DNA from: a virus
Lineage: Duplodnaviria; Caudoviricetes
Virus record (IMG/VR): IMGVR_UViG_3300044233_005065
Location: 1-46,539 of that record
Length of the DNA: 46,539 bases
Reading direction: 5' to 3' (one strand)
Under the pieces are notes generated by a model. It was not told where the DNA came from. It saw only the letters and a list, made by a program, of their open reading frames with translations, and did not search any database. Below are positions 10,850 to 19,796 of the stretch, one piece after another. The translations under genes and the position numbers were made by a program. How positions within the stretch are numbered: the stretch's first letter is position 1; every line of letters begins with the position of its first letter.

Positions 10850-13800
10850 ATGCCCGTATGTTGTTATATTCCCGGTGAAGGCTACTCTCAAAAAGAAAAT
10901 GAATCAGAGTGCATTGCTGCTGGTGGACAAGTAGTAGATAATTCCTATTGTCAGGGAACACCAGAACCAGAACCAGAACCAGAACCAGGAAGAGCTCAGT
11001 GTGCGGCATCAATTGCCAGTTCTGACAATCATCTTTGTTGTGTAGGGACCCCTTTTGCAGAATGGATTTTGTGCAATTCTAAGCAGTTTGGTTCGCCGTG
11101 CCTAGAGGAAGCACACGAGGCACAAAAGTGTAGACCTTCCGATATGAACGAGGATAAATTTTGTGGAGATAGAAAAAATAAAAAAGGTCCATGCTATCCA
11201 TGCGCGCCGCCTCAAGGTAAAGCACTAGAGCCTGAAATAAGCACCACTATAACATCAGCCCAGCAGAATATGCCTGGAATGCCCGAAAATGGGGGCGGGA
11301 GTGGGATGTTTGGAATGGGTCCTCTAGGAGGCCAAAGTCATACAGCAGAAAGATGCCCCGGTTGTTTTGCAAGAAAAAATATTGATTGTCCTGATTGCAC
11401 AAACAACGCTCCATACACTCCATATCCATTTAATTCAACATGCGATTTAGGCACAACGTCTGTAGTGGCTTTAGAGTTTGTGAAGCAAGAAGTTCCTTGG
11501 CAGTTTTGTCCTGGGGAGCAGTGTGACATACCGTACTTGGGTAATAAGTCTGGATATAGTCCGCCACTGCCGGTAAGCTGCGCGAATTGCGAAGACGTAA
11601 ACGATATTCTTGGTCCTCCAGATGAAGCAGGCGGACCGCCACAAATATACTATCCTACCGGATGCAATTATGCACAACTGTACGAAGAATTAGCAGAAAA
11701 GTGTGGAAGCGCTAGCGCACCGCTTAACAAAGAATACAGCTATGATAAATTTTTATTAGAAGACAATATTGAAAAATTACAACAAGAATTAGACAATCTA
11801 GAATATATTTTTGAGAGTGGGTTTAGTCTTGTTGAGGCAAAGCCAGAATTAAGTACGGAGCATGAAGAATATATATGTGTTTATGGAGCGGATGATGAGC
11901 TTTTCAATGGAACTTATATAAAAACAAGCGATGAAACAACTTCTTCAATAAGAAGCACTACCAGAAACGTTTATGAAAAATCAGATATTTGCGGAGATGC
12001 TGTTACAGGGCCTAATGGAGAGACCCCTAAAATATTCTTAACCGATAATAATCATTGTCCCTGTTTTGAACCAGAATCGGGCAGCAGTGCGCAGTTAGAG
12101 CCTAACTGGGTAATAGCGGCCGTTGGCGGTTCAGAGCCAAGGTTGAAATACACAAATGAAGAAATAGACTTGGCTGCCAAAAGATGGATTGGCAGTGATT
12201 CTCTCACCGACCCGAGCAGAACACTCAGAAAATGGTCGGGCAATATAACGCTACACCTTGTAGAGGGCCTGGACGACGCGGGTGATGTTGCCGAAATTAA
12301 CGCGGCGGTTGCAGAGATAAACGCACTGGAAGGAAGTTTTAATATTTCAGTCCAAACAGGAAACTATACCCCTGGAGTTGAGGCTCCACCATTCAACTCC
12401 ATCTATATGTTTAAGGTTACGGAAGAGAGATTTGAAGAAGTCAATCGTGGCTGGCAGGAAGGAGGGTACTTCAGTTCTAATGGGCGTGTAGCAAATGGCA
12501 CTGATATATCAAATTTTCGGTGGTATCTAAATCATAAACATTTTAGTAGTAGTGGTAATTTTAGCCGTGGCCAGGTGTTTATTAATAGCGGAAATTCACC
12601 CGCTGAAACAAAACACTCTATTTGGCAGACCATTGCTCTCATGTGTGGTACGTTAGGCACAAGCACTGGTGTAACCATTAATCGAACCTATATTTTTGGT
12701 GGTTACCACGCATACACAGGAGTGGGATATAAATGCATTGACAAGAAGGTTCTCTCAATGCTATTATCGGATGATACGCAAACGGGAGATAACTACGCCG
12801 CCCTTAAATCTAGATTTGAAAATATTTCTGCCGACAATTGTCCTCATACACACGACCAAGATGTTAGAGTAAAATATTTTTCTCGTATTTACTCGTACTA
12901 TACTATAGGGCAGAGTATCGCTGATAATTCGGGAGATAGGACACATTTCTATAGAACGGACACGCATAATTCAGACACTTCGGGAAGGCAAATCGCTATT
13001 GGCCTCTCCGCAACTGAGGGAACCTGTTGTGTTCCAAGCCCAGAACCACCGCCCGACCCAGACCCAGAGCCATCACCTGACCCATCACCTGGCCCTGAAC
13101 CATACAGAGGCAATATATGTGTATGTGGCCCAGAAGGGTTCGCATATAGTTATGCAACTGGATGTTACGAATTTTCATCTGGAACAAATCAGAATTGTGA
13201 CGATGATGTTCCCGAAAACCCATGTGACGAGTGGATTCGCAACGTAACTACTGAATCGCATCACATCCCACCCAACGCACCGGTACAACTTAAAATATTC
13301 AAACACCCAGAGATTTCAACGGTTACTGCCGACCCAGGCCCGGCTTGGATTTTGACTCTTGGTAATAGAGTCGCTTACGCTATTACCGACCCAGACATGT
13401 ATGAACGAGATGACCCAGTCGGACTCACTGGTTGGCATCCTATCGGCTCCGCGCCGACTTGGAGCAATCAAATAATTACAGCAACAACAGAGAGTGGTTG
13501 TGATACCTGCCCTGATTGTCCAGATATTCCAAGCCCATCCCCATCGCCTGAACCAGACCTTCCATATGGTGAAGATATATGTGTTTGCGGGCCAGAAGTA
13601 ATATCTTACGGAGGCGGCATCAGCAGCCCTCTAGGAGAAAAGTCCACTGGATGTTATACGCACGAATATGTAGTAAGCGAAGAAGTTAGAAGTAAATGGA
13701 CAAGAGAGGTCCAGCACGAAGGCCAAAGTGTGACTTTTTCAATTTATTACTTTCCAGGAACCGCCCCTGATACAACCAATTGGGTTTTTGCTGTAAACGA

Positions 13801-16111
13801 CCAGACTAAATTCACAGTTACCGTTAATAACACCGAAACAAGCCCTGTTGGGCTTACGGGTTGGTCTAGTGTGGGTGGTGGTAATATTTGGTCTGACGAA
13901 AAACAAATTATTCTAGAAGGATGCGATAATTGCAACCCTTGCCCTTCTCCCTCTCCCTCTCCAGACCCAGACCCAGAGCCATCACCTGACCCATGCGAAG
14001 ACTGTTATCGAATAGACGGAATAGATGCGACTCTTAATGTAGGGTCGGGCTATCAAGTTGATGGTATTTATGAACGTGTTCCCCAGGATGAGTGGCCTGA
14101 CGCTATGAAAGCCGAGCCATTTTTAGCTGAAAAAGGCGTGTGGAAATATATGAACGAAGAAGGCAAGGTTTTCTATTTAAGCGTTCTTCCATTACTTGAG
14201 CCTCCAGGTTGGGTAATTTGGCATAAACCTACTGCCCCGGCACCTCCTCTACCTATTGCTATTTCAATGTTAGACCCAAATCCAGATTGTCCAGAAAACA
14301 CAATTCCCGCCAATTGGATAGCCGGAGAGACTTTCGTTGGCCTTGAAGTTGAAGTTTTCATTTCTCCCATACAATGCCCCTCTCCCTCGCCAGATTGCAC
14401 ATTCGGTTGGTGCGACCCTTGCGACCCTGAATGTTTTCCTGAATGTCCAGTGCCAGTGCTGCCAAGATGTGGCGATATTTTATACTTGCAGCAAGCAGGT
14501 ACACAAAATGGATGCGATAAACTCATGTTTGACGGCAATCAAGGAGGGGAGCAGACGGCTAGTAGATACGGAAACGTTCAGTGTAGATGGGAATTTAGAA
14601 GAAATCTCCCAGGAGGTACAGAAGATACCGAGCAAGATGGCGGTAAAGCATATTGGCAAAGGGTATATAATTCTAAAAATGAAATTTCTGACGACACAGC
14701 AGAAAAATATCTTGAAGACCGAGTTTCTGCCGAAGACTGGGCAGAAGCCACTGGAAACGAACCGGGTACGATGCCTGATAGCTGCATTTCTAAAGATTGC
14801 ATAGATTATTCTACCGGTGACCCAAACATGGAAGCCGGAACGTCAATACACCACGACCCACAGCCTCCGGAAGAAACAGAGATTGATTTGGATAAGGTAA
14901 AAGATTTTATGATTGCAAATTGTGCTGGAGAGTGTGAACAAGATACAAGCGAAGCCCAGAAATATGTGATTCCGATGGATAAAGCAAACCCTGAAATAGA
15001 TGGGTACAATAATTTAGCTTGTGCCAAAAGGGACTTGTCAGCAGACGACTATCAACAGCCAACCTACACTTTTGACTTATGCGAACTGGTTAACGAACAA
15101 ACCCCAAGAAAATGTGATGCCGATGGACCAACAGGACCCATGAACCTAGAGGCTACAGTAACTTTTATATTGAATAAATTTTGGCATATTCAAGTTTTTA
15201 GAAGCTGGACATATGAAGATATGATTAGAGTAGAAAAATGGGATGAATTGAAAGCTGGGGGTTTTAGATTACCAAGTGGGGAAATTTTAACAACAAGCGC
15301 AGGTGAAGAAATAACGGGAGGGACGGTATTTAGACCAGAAACAGCAAGCGGCGTCGTTGAAAAAGAAGAGGCTATTCTTCAAAGGACTATATATTTTGAA
15401 GCTCTATTTTTCAATGGACATTTAAACCCAGACGACCCGCCAACAATGGAAAGCTGCACAAGAGGAGGCGTCAATCACGGCCCTCCTCCCGCCGCAGAAC
15501 TCTTGCCTACACAAGGAACCGACCCATTTGAGTATATATTTGATTGCGGAGATTGCAATGAAGTTGAAAACATAACCCCGCTGCCACCTGATTATCCTCC
15601 GCCATGTGTTGTTGGCGCTTTATGTGGAGAAGAAGGTGTCGCCAATGGATGGGGGGTTGGTGTAAACTGTTATACAAAAGACAATGGCTACGAAAACAAG
15701 AGCAGTCACCTTATACCAACTAAAAAAGTGGCAAAGGGCGGCAAAGTAAGGCTGGCGTTTTGTAGGGGTCCATGCACCAACTGGTGGGAAGAAAAAAATG
15801 GAAGCCTCGGTGGAGCAGGGGCTGGCTTGTGTGACGAAAGTGTAGACACAGAAGACCTTGCGTTTGCGTGTCCTGGGTCTGTAGACTCTTTTGGCGAAGA
15901 TACTGAGGGGTGGGCATGGGAAGAAATTACAGAGTCTGGATGGGATGGTTTTGGAAGCACTGAGTTGTCAAAATTTGGTTATCTTAGCTACTTTGAAAAC
16001 CAAAACATGGATATTGGAGGATTTGTGAAGAGACCGGATTTTGTGAAAACTCCGGATTATTTAATGAAGTGGCATTCTGCCGATAGTGGAAACCCTATGG
16101 GAACAAATTAA
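10850..16111 (+). CDS. Very large Cys-rich modular protein (1753 aa) with Pro-rich linkers, repeated small beta modules and a DUF2927-like domain; probable virion fibre/decoration protein
   Basis: gagga RBS, repeated ICVCGPE..TGCY modules, PSPSPEP/PDPEPSP linkers, LRKWSGNITL...IDKKVLSML segment. Confidence 0.6.
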   Translation: MPVCCYIPGEGYSQKENESECIAAGGQVVDNSYCQGTPEPEPEPEPGRAQCAASIASSDNHLCCVGTPFAEWILCNSKQFGSPCLEEAHEAQKCRPSDMNEDKFCGDRKNKKGPCYPCAPPQGKALEPEISTTITSAQQNMPGMPENGGGSGMFGMGPLGGQSHTAERCPGCFARKNIDCPDCTNNAPYTPYPFNSTCDLGTTSVVALEFVKQEVPWQFCPGEQCDIPYLGNKSGYSPPLPVSCANCEDVNDILGPPDEAGGPPQIYYPTGCNYAQLYEELAEKCGSASAPLNKEYSYDKFLLEDNIEKLQQELDNLEYIFESGFSLVEAKPELSTEHEEYICVYGADDELFNGTYIKTSDETTSSIRSTTRNVYEKSDICGDAVTGPNGETPKIFLTDNNHCPCFEPESGSSAQLEPNWVIAAVGGSEPRLKYTNEEIDLAAKRWIGSDSLTDPSRTLRKWSGNITLHLVEGLDDAGDVAEINAAVAEINALEGSFNISVQTGNYTPGVEAPPFNSIYMFKVTEERFEEVNRGWQEGGYFSSNGRVANGTDISNFRWYLNHKHFSSSGNFSRGQVFINSGNSPAETKHSIWQTIALMCGTLGTSTGVTINRTYIFGGYHAYTGVGYKCIDKKVLSMLLSDDTQTGDNYAALKSRFENISADNCPHTHDQDVRVKYFSRIYSYYTIGQSIADNSGDRTHFYRTDTHNSDTSGRQIAIGLSATEGTCCVPSPEPPPDPDPEPSPDPSPGPEPYRGNICVCGPEGFAYSYATGCYEFSSGTNQNCDDDVPENPCDEWIRNVTTESHHIPPNAPVQLKIFKHPEISTVTADPGPAWILTLGNRVAYAITDPDMYERDDPVGLTGWHPIGSAPTWSNQIITATTESGCDTCPDCPDIPSPSPSPEPDLPYGEDICVCGPEVISYGGGISSPLGEKSTGCYTHEYVVSEEVRSKWTREVQHEGQSVTFSIYYFPGTAPDTTNWVFAVNDQTKFTVTVNNTETSPVGLTGWSSVGGGNIWSDEKQIILEGCDNCNPCPSPSPSPDPDPEPSPDPCEDCYRIDGIDATLNVGSGYQVDGIYERVPQDEWPDAMKAEPFLAEKGVWKYMNEEGKVFYLSVLPLLEPPGWVIWHKPTAPAPPLPIAISMLDPNPDCPENTIPANWIAGETFVGLEVEVFISPIQCPSPSPDCTFGWCDPCDPECFPECPVPVLPRCGDILYLQQAGTQNGCDKLMFDGNQGGEQTASRYGNVQCRWEFRRNLPGGTEDTEQDGGKAYWQRVYNSKNEISDDTAEKYLEDRVSAEDWAEATGNEPGTMPDSCISKDCIDYSTGDPNMEAGTSIHHDPQPPEETEIDLDKVKDFMIANCAGECEQDTSEAQKYVIPMDKANPEIDGYNNLACAKRDLSADDYQQPTYTFDLCELVNEQTPRKCDADGPTGPMNLEATVTFILNKFWHIQVFRSWTYEDMIRVEKWDELKAGGFRLPSGEILTTSAGEEITGGTVFRPETASGVVEKEEAILQRTIYFEALFFNGHLNPDDPPTMESCTRGGVNHGPPPAAELLPTQGTDPFEYIFDCGDCNEVENITPLPPDYPPPCVVGALCGEEGVANGWGVGVNCYTKDNGYENKSSHLIPTKKVAKGGKVRLAFCRGPCTNWWEEKNGSLGGAGAGLCDESVDTEDLAFACPGSVDSFGEDTEGWAWEEITESGWDGFGSTELSKFGYLSYFENQNMDIGGFVKRPDFVKTPDYLMKWHSADSGNPMGTN
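10961..10988 (+). repeat. In-frame hexamer tandem repeat (CCAGAA)x4 + CCAG encoding PEPEPEPEP
   Basis: Read directly from the sequence. Confidence 0.95.
13055..13994 (+). repeat. Exact 31-bp direct repeat GACCCAGACCCAGAGCCATCACCTGACCCAT at 13055-13085 and 13964-13994
   Basis: Both copies compared base by base; they encode DPDPEPSPDP linkers flanking two ICVCGPE modules. Confidence 0.9.
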
Positions 16112-16120
16112 TTTATTTAA

Positions 16121-16387
16121 ATGGAGAAAAATATGTCAGAAAAAAAAGGCCCTCCTGGGGCAATAAAAAGAGCGTCTAATTTTGCTCATGCGGTTGCGAA
16201 ACATGCCAGAGATGGTTTTGTGGACGTTTCAACAGAAGAATATATAAAAAGAATAGAAACCTGCAACTCTTGCGAATTGCAAAAAGACGGGGTATGTAAT
16301 CATGAAGATTGTGGGTGCATATTGTCCAGAAAAGCTTGGTGGAGAAGTGAAAGTTGCCCAATAGATAAATGGCCTAAACAATCGTAA
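16121..16387 (+). CDS. Small Cys-rich protein (DUF6171-like pattern R-x-x-x-CxxC...C...CGC...K......CP..KW)
   Basis: RIETCNSCE...CNHEDCGCILSRKAWWRSESCPIDKW; likely start at ATG 16133 after ggag. Confidence 0.7.
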   Translation: MEKNMSEKKGPPGAIKRASNFAHAVAKHARDGFVDVSTEEYIKRIETCNSCELQKDGVCNHEDCGCILSRKAWWRSESCPIDKWPKQS

Positions 16388-16389
16388 AA

Positions 16390-16404
16390 TGGTGTACTAT
16401 TAAT
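16390..16404 (+). promoter_or_regulatory. Putative late-promoter motif, copy 2
   Basis: tggtgtactattaat followed by an aggag RBS (16409-16413) before the 16424 gene. Confidence 0.5.
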
Positions 16405-16423
16405 TAATAGGAGACAATAAAAA

Positions 16424-17065
16424 ATGGCTGAAATAGATTTCTACATCAATACAACCGGTTTCGAATACGACATAAATACTAGCGGTTCAGGGCTTGGTTT
16501 CTTTGGAGAGTCTGGCTTTGGCGCAAGTGTTCCTGTGGGTTCATATCAAGGGACCACTTTTGTTACCGATGGACTTGGAAGCATCCAAGGTCCTCAAGGG
16601 CAGAATATTAGATACCTAAATCCTGGAAGCGGTGTTCTTGGAGCAGCTTCTAGTGGAATAGGTCTTAAGGCTATCCCCAACTACCAATCTACGATGAACA
16701 TAAGATTCACTCATTCTGCACCGGTCAAAACTCAAAACTGCAAAATGATAATTTATGATAGAAGCAGTACGTCCAATCCCGCTTCCGGAGTAACCACAAA
16801 AGTAGCCGAGATTATTCACCCTGATGAAGTTCAAGGGCCAACTGGCTCTGGAGATGATACTTGGATAACGCCTGGAGGAACAGATACGACGGTTTCTTTT
16901 GCAAACTGTCCTGGACCAAGCGGTCTGTATGCGGCAGATGGAGTAACAACAATATCGGCATTGAGTGACACGCAACACGATTGGTTTGCAGCAATCTCAG
17001 CTAGCCCAGACTCTATTGGAAATAAAACCGACTATGGGCTTTATTTTTCATTAGAGTATATTTAA
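16424..17065 (+). CDS. Putative virion structural protein, 213 aa
   Basis: Strong RBS, own promoter-like motif, Gly/Ser/Thr-rich beta-type composition, last gene of the structural arm. Confidence 0.55.
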   Translation: MAEIDFYINTTGFEYDINTSGSGLGFFGESGFGASVPVGSYQGTTFVTDGLGSIQGPQGQNIRYLNPGSGVLGAASSGIGLKAIPNYQSTMNIRFTHSAPVKTQNCKMIIYDRSSTSNPASGVTTKVAEIIHPDEVQGPTGSGDDTWITPGGTDTTVSFANCPGPSGLYAADGVTTISALSDTQHDWFAAISASPDSIGNKTDYGLYFSLEYI

Positions 17066-17066
17066 A

Positions 17067-17615
17067 CTACTTCTGATATGACCAATTGTGGTATTCAGAC
17101 ACAAAGTTTGTTAAAAGGCATTCCAGCACAACCGCTTCTGCGGTAGTTATGCTGTGTGATACCTTTGTCACATTCTTTTTTTCGTCCTGAGCAGAGATGT
17201 TCAGGTATAGGCGTCCTTCACTCCACTTTAGTCTTAGGCTTGTATTGCCTTTGACTTTTTGATGATAGAGTCCAGGCTCGATATTTCTACCTGCTTTAGG
17301 CTCTGGTCCAACATATTGCTTTCGACCCTTTAAAACTAGAAGCATCTCGCCTATATCAGGAAGACCAAGCTTCATGGTGACGGATGTTTTTTTACCTTTG
17401 TCGCTATTTGTAGACCATCCAAACGAAGCGTTTTTATTGTTGTCAAATCCAGTTTGTTGAGCGGTTTCTAAAAAAAGTATAAGGTCTGGGTATTCATTAC
17501 CATCAACCGTCTTCCATTTAGTTCTACACTGAAACTTAGAAGCGGCACCAGTGCCTTTGGAGTTAGGCTTGTATATCCTATACTCCTTTGCTAAAATTCT
17601 CTTCTCTTGTGTCAT
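17067..17615 (-). CDS. Whirly/PC4-fold-like ssDNA-binding protein, 182 aa
   Basis: The motif order YRIYK / LFLETA / FGW / MKLGLPDIGEML / LYHQ / LYLNIS / ITTAEAVVL parallels plant Whirly (YSIYKGK / LLQFA / YDW / LSVTEIG / FFHD / FFNLSV / VTKAEFAVL), compared from memory. Confidence 0.6.
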   Translation of the reverse strand: MTQEKRILAKEYRIYKPNSKGTGAASKFQCRTKWKTVDGNEYPDLILFLETAQQTGFDNNKNASFGWSTNSDKGKKTSVTMKLGLPDIGEMLLVLKGRKQYVGPEPKAGRNIEPGLYHQKVKGNTSLRLKWSEGRLYLNISAQDEKKNVTKVSHSITTAEAVVLECLLTNFVSEYHNWSYQK

Positions 17616-18546
17616 CGTTTTTTACCTTCCAGTTTTCGTCGTATTCGCCTACATCATCGGGTCTGTCGGCATCTTTTCTTTGGATTCTATTTAAATACTG
17701 CAGCATCTTTTGTGCGGATTGTTCTGATACTTGCTCCACACACACATACTTAGAGTCTCCACAATTAATAAAGTCGGAAACATTCATGTTTGTTCTTTTG
17801 CACAGCATATCAATTACCGTAATTTGCTGTTCTGTAATAGGAGTAGAGGGAGACCATTCTTCCTCTAAAGTCGATTCGTTAGACGCCAACTCTTCTGCTG
17901 TGAGCACCTTCTTTAATCTAAGCATTTTTCTGTAAACCCTAGATTCAGCCCTAGTTCCGGCAGTTGCGGACGGATGCTTGAAAATTTCTTCTGGAGTGTT
18001 CAGCTTATTTGCGTCAGCCAAATCCTCAACGTATATATAAGAGCCGTGCCTTGGATGCCCCTCCAAAAGAACATGGCTAATTGTTACCCCAACAACAACA
18101 GTGGCGTTTCCTTTGTTATTTACATTTGGAGTGTCATTTTTTATAATCTCAACTTTTTCTATGGGTCCTAATACATCTTCAGCAACTCGCCGGAGACCAT
18201 CGCATGTAGGAGCTCCATTCTCAAGCTCATCATCAGCAAACTGAGACATAACCCATTCAGACCATTTTTCACTATTAAATTCAGGCCTAACCAATTCCTT
18301 GCTTTCCTCATTCTTTAGTGAGTCGGTGTCTACTGCATCTAAAATATTTGACTCTTCATCGTCAGGAAAGTCAATGTTATATAGAATATCATCGTTTTCT
18401 CCCGCCTTGTCTTTCATCTCCAGCAGAAGCTTTACTAAAGGCTTTTTGCTTTGCGATAGAACGTCCTCTTCAGTTACACCCAAAGATAACAATTCTGCTC
18501 TAATATCCTTAACACTTACGTCTTCGTATCCGTGCTTAGTCATCAT
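17578..18546 (-). CDS. Putative Rad52/Sak-like single-strand annealing protein, 322 aa
   Basis: GLRRVAEDVLG...ATVVVGV...DLADA...ATAGTRAESRVYRKMLRL resembles the Rad52-fold core; C-terminal ITEQQITVIDML helical domain. Confidence 0.5.
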   Translation of the reverse strand: MMTKHGYEDVSVKDIRAELLSLGVTEEDVLSQSKKPLVKLLLEMKDKAGENDDILYNIDFPDDEESNILDAVDTDSLKNEESKELVRPEFNSEKWSEWVMSQFADDELENGAPTCDGLRRVAEDVLGPIEKVEIIKNDTPNVNNKGNATVVVGVTISHVLLEGHPRHGSYIYVEDLADANKLNTPEEIFKHPSATAGTRAESRVYRKMLRLKKVLTAEELASNESTLEEEWSPSTPITEQQITVIDMLCKRTNMNVSDFINCGDSKYVCVEQVSEQSAQKMLQYLNRIQRKDADRPDDVGEYDENWKVKNDDTREENFSKGV

Positions 18547-18549
18547 AAA

Positions 18550-19329
18550 TTAAACCTCTATTTCTTTGAAACGATTTTTCTTAGGCGGAAGCTTTACTGA
18601 AATCAGTTGAAGTTCTTTTTCTATTGCATTCCACGTATCTCTCATGGATTTTTGAGAAAGAGTTTTTCTCTTCTGTGCAACCCTAAGAACCATCACCCCA
18701 TGATATCTTAAAAGCCCGTTTTTTTCATTGTCTGATTTTATGGTTTTTTCTAATGCCTCTTCACCCCAAATGGGTAGAAAGTGAGAAGGCCCATCAATTT
18801 CTATCGCTGTGCCAATCTCAGGCAAATATATGTCTACCTCAAGGTTAGCATTAGGCACTATTCCTTTCTTATGATATTCTACTACATATTTCTCTCTTGT
18901 CAACCTATCTCTGATGTATTTTTCTAGCTTAGAGCCTTCCTTGGAGGCTTTTTTAATTCCAGGAACAGCCGACTCTCTTAGCTTAATTTTCTCTTCTTCC
19001 GACATATTTCTCCATTGCTCCCTGGCGGTCTCTCGCCTAGATTCAAGCTCTTCATTCGACAAGTTTTCCCAGTTCTGAGCCACACCCTCAGATATTTTAA
19101 GCCTTGCCTCTTCAGAATGCCCCTTATCTTTCGTAGGATGGCTGCTGCGGCCCTTTTTTAAAGCCACTGCCTGCGCAGACCCCTTATCCCTAAGTTTAAT
19201 TCCATGCGATTTTAGGGCTCTTCGAACCTTATTTGGATATGTATCAAGCTCCTTTGCTATGTCTCCTATACTTCGCTCTCGAGTCCAATATTGATTGTAA
19301 CACCACGCTTTATCTTCAAGATTTTTCAT
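18550..19329 (-). CDS. Vsr/DUF559-like PD-(D/E)XK endonuclease with N-terminal HTH and NUMOD3-like helices (homing-endonuclease-like)
   Basis: SIGDIAKELDTYPNKVRRAL (HTH), HSEEARLKISE (NUMOD3-like), EVDIYLPEIGTAIEIDGPSHF (nuclease). Confidence 0.75.
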   Translation of the reverse strand: MKNLEDKAWCYNQYWTRERSIGDIAKELDTYPNKVRRALKSHGIKLRDKGSAQAVALKKGRSSHPTKDKGHSEEARLKISEGVAQNWENLSNEELESRRETAREQWRNMSEEEKIKLRESAVPGIKKASKEGSKLEKYIRDRLTREKYVVEYHKKGIVPNANLEVDIYLPEIGTAIEIDGPSHFLPIWGEEALEKTIKSDNEKNGLLRYHGVMVLRVAQKRKTLSQKSMRDTWNAIEKELQLISVKLPPKKNRFKEIEV

Positions 19330-19796
19330 TTTATAGCCTCCAAAATCTTTGACATATTAAAGTCAGAAACAACGTGATTAACCTGTCTGTTAAAACAGTT
19401 TTCTATAAGTCTTTTGTGCGCGTCACTTCTTGCTATAATAGACATGTTTTTGTCAGAGTAAATTTTTTCATAGTCCTCATATTGCTTACTGCTCACCGAG
19501 TTTCTAATCCATTCAACGTCCCAAACGTAGAAAAACTTATCTACGACGGATGGGAATTTAGACAAGGATTTGGCGGTAGATGAAGATGTGGCTATCATTG
19601 GGCCGTTGCATCCCCAAGCCTCCTGAATCTCCATGACAGAGAAATTTGCAGGCAAGCAGTTCTTTTGAATATTTCGATAAAAAACAATGGGCTGGAACTC
19701 GCATTCTTTTTCTGTGTATTTGTTTAGCTCAGAAATCACAAAAAATGCTATTTGACTTGCGCCCACATTATCTAAAAGAATTCCAAGTTGTTTCAT
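19326..19796 (-). CDS. Hypothetical protein, possibly a stand-alone GT-B-like N-terminal domain
   Basis: Coupled ORF (ATGA overlaps on both sides); MIATS...KFFYVWDVEW...IIARS pattern resembles GT-B N-domain strands. Confidence 0.6.
   Translation of the reverse strand: MKQLGILLDNVGASQIAFFVISELNKYTEKECEFQPIVFYRNIQKNCLPANFSVMEIQEAWGCNGPMIATSSSTAKSLSKFPSVVDKFFYVWDVEWIRNSVSSKQYEDYEKIYSDKNMSIIARSDAHKRLIENCFNRQVNHVVSDFNMSKILEAIK

Noticed and set aside
10850-16111. Diversity-generating retroelement target/template pair
   Set aside because: No reverse transcriptase in the window, and the only exact repeat found is a 31-bp linker without adenine-specific mismatches.
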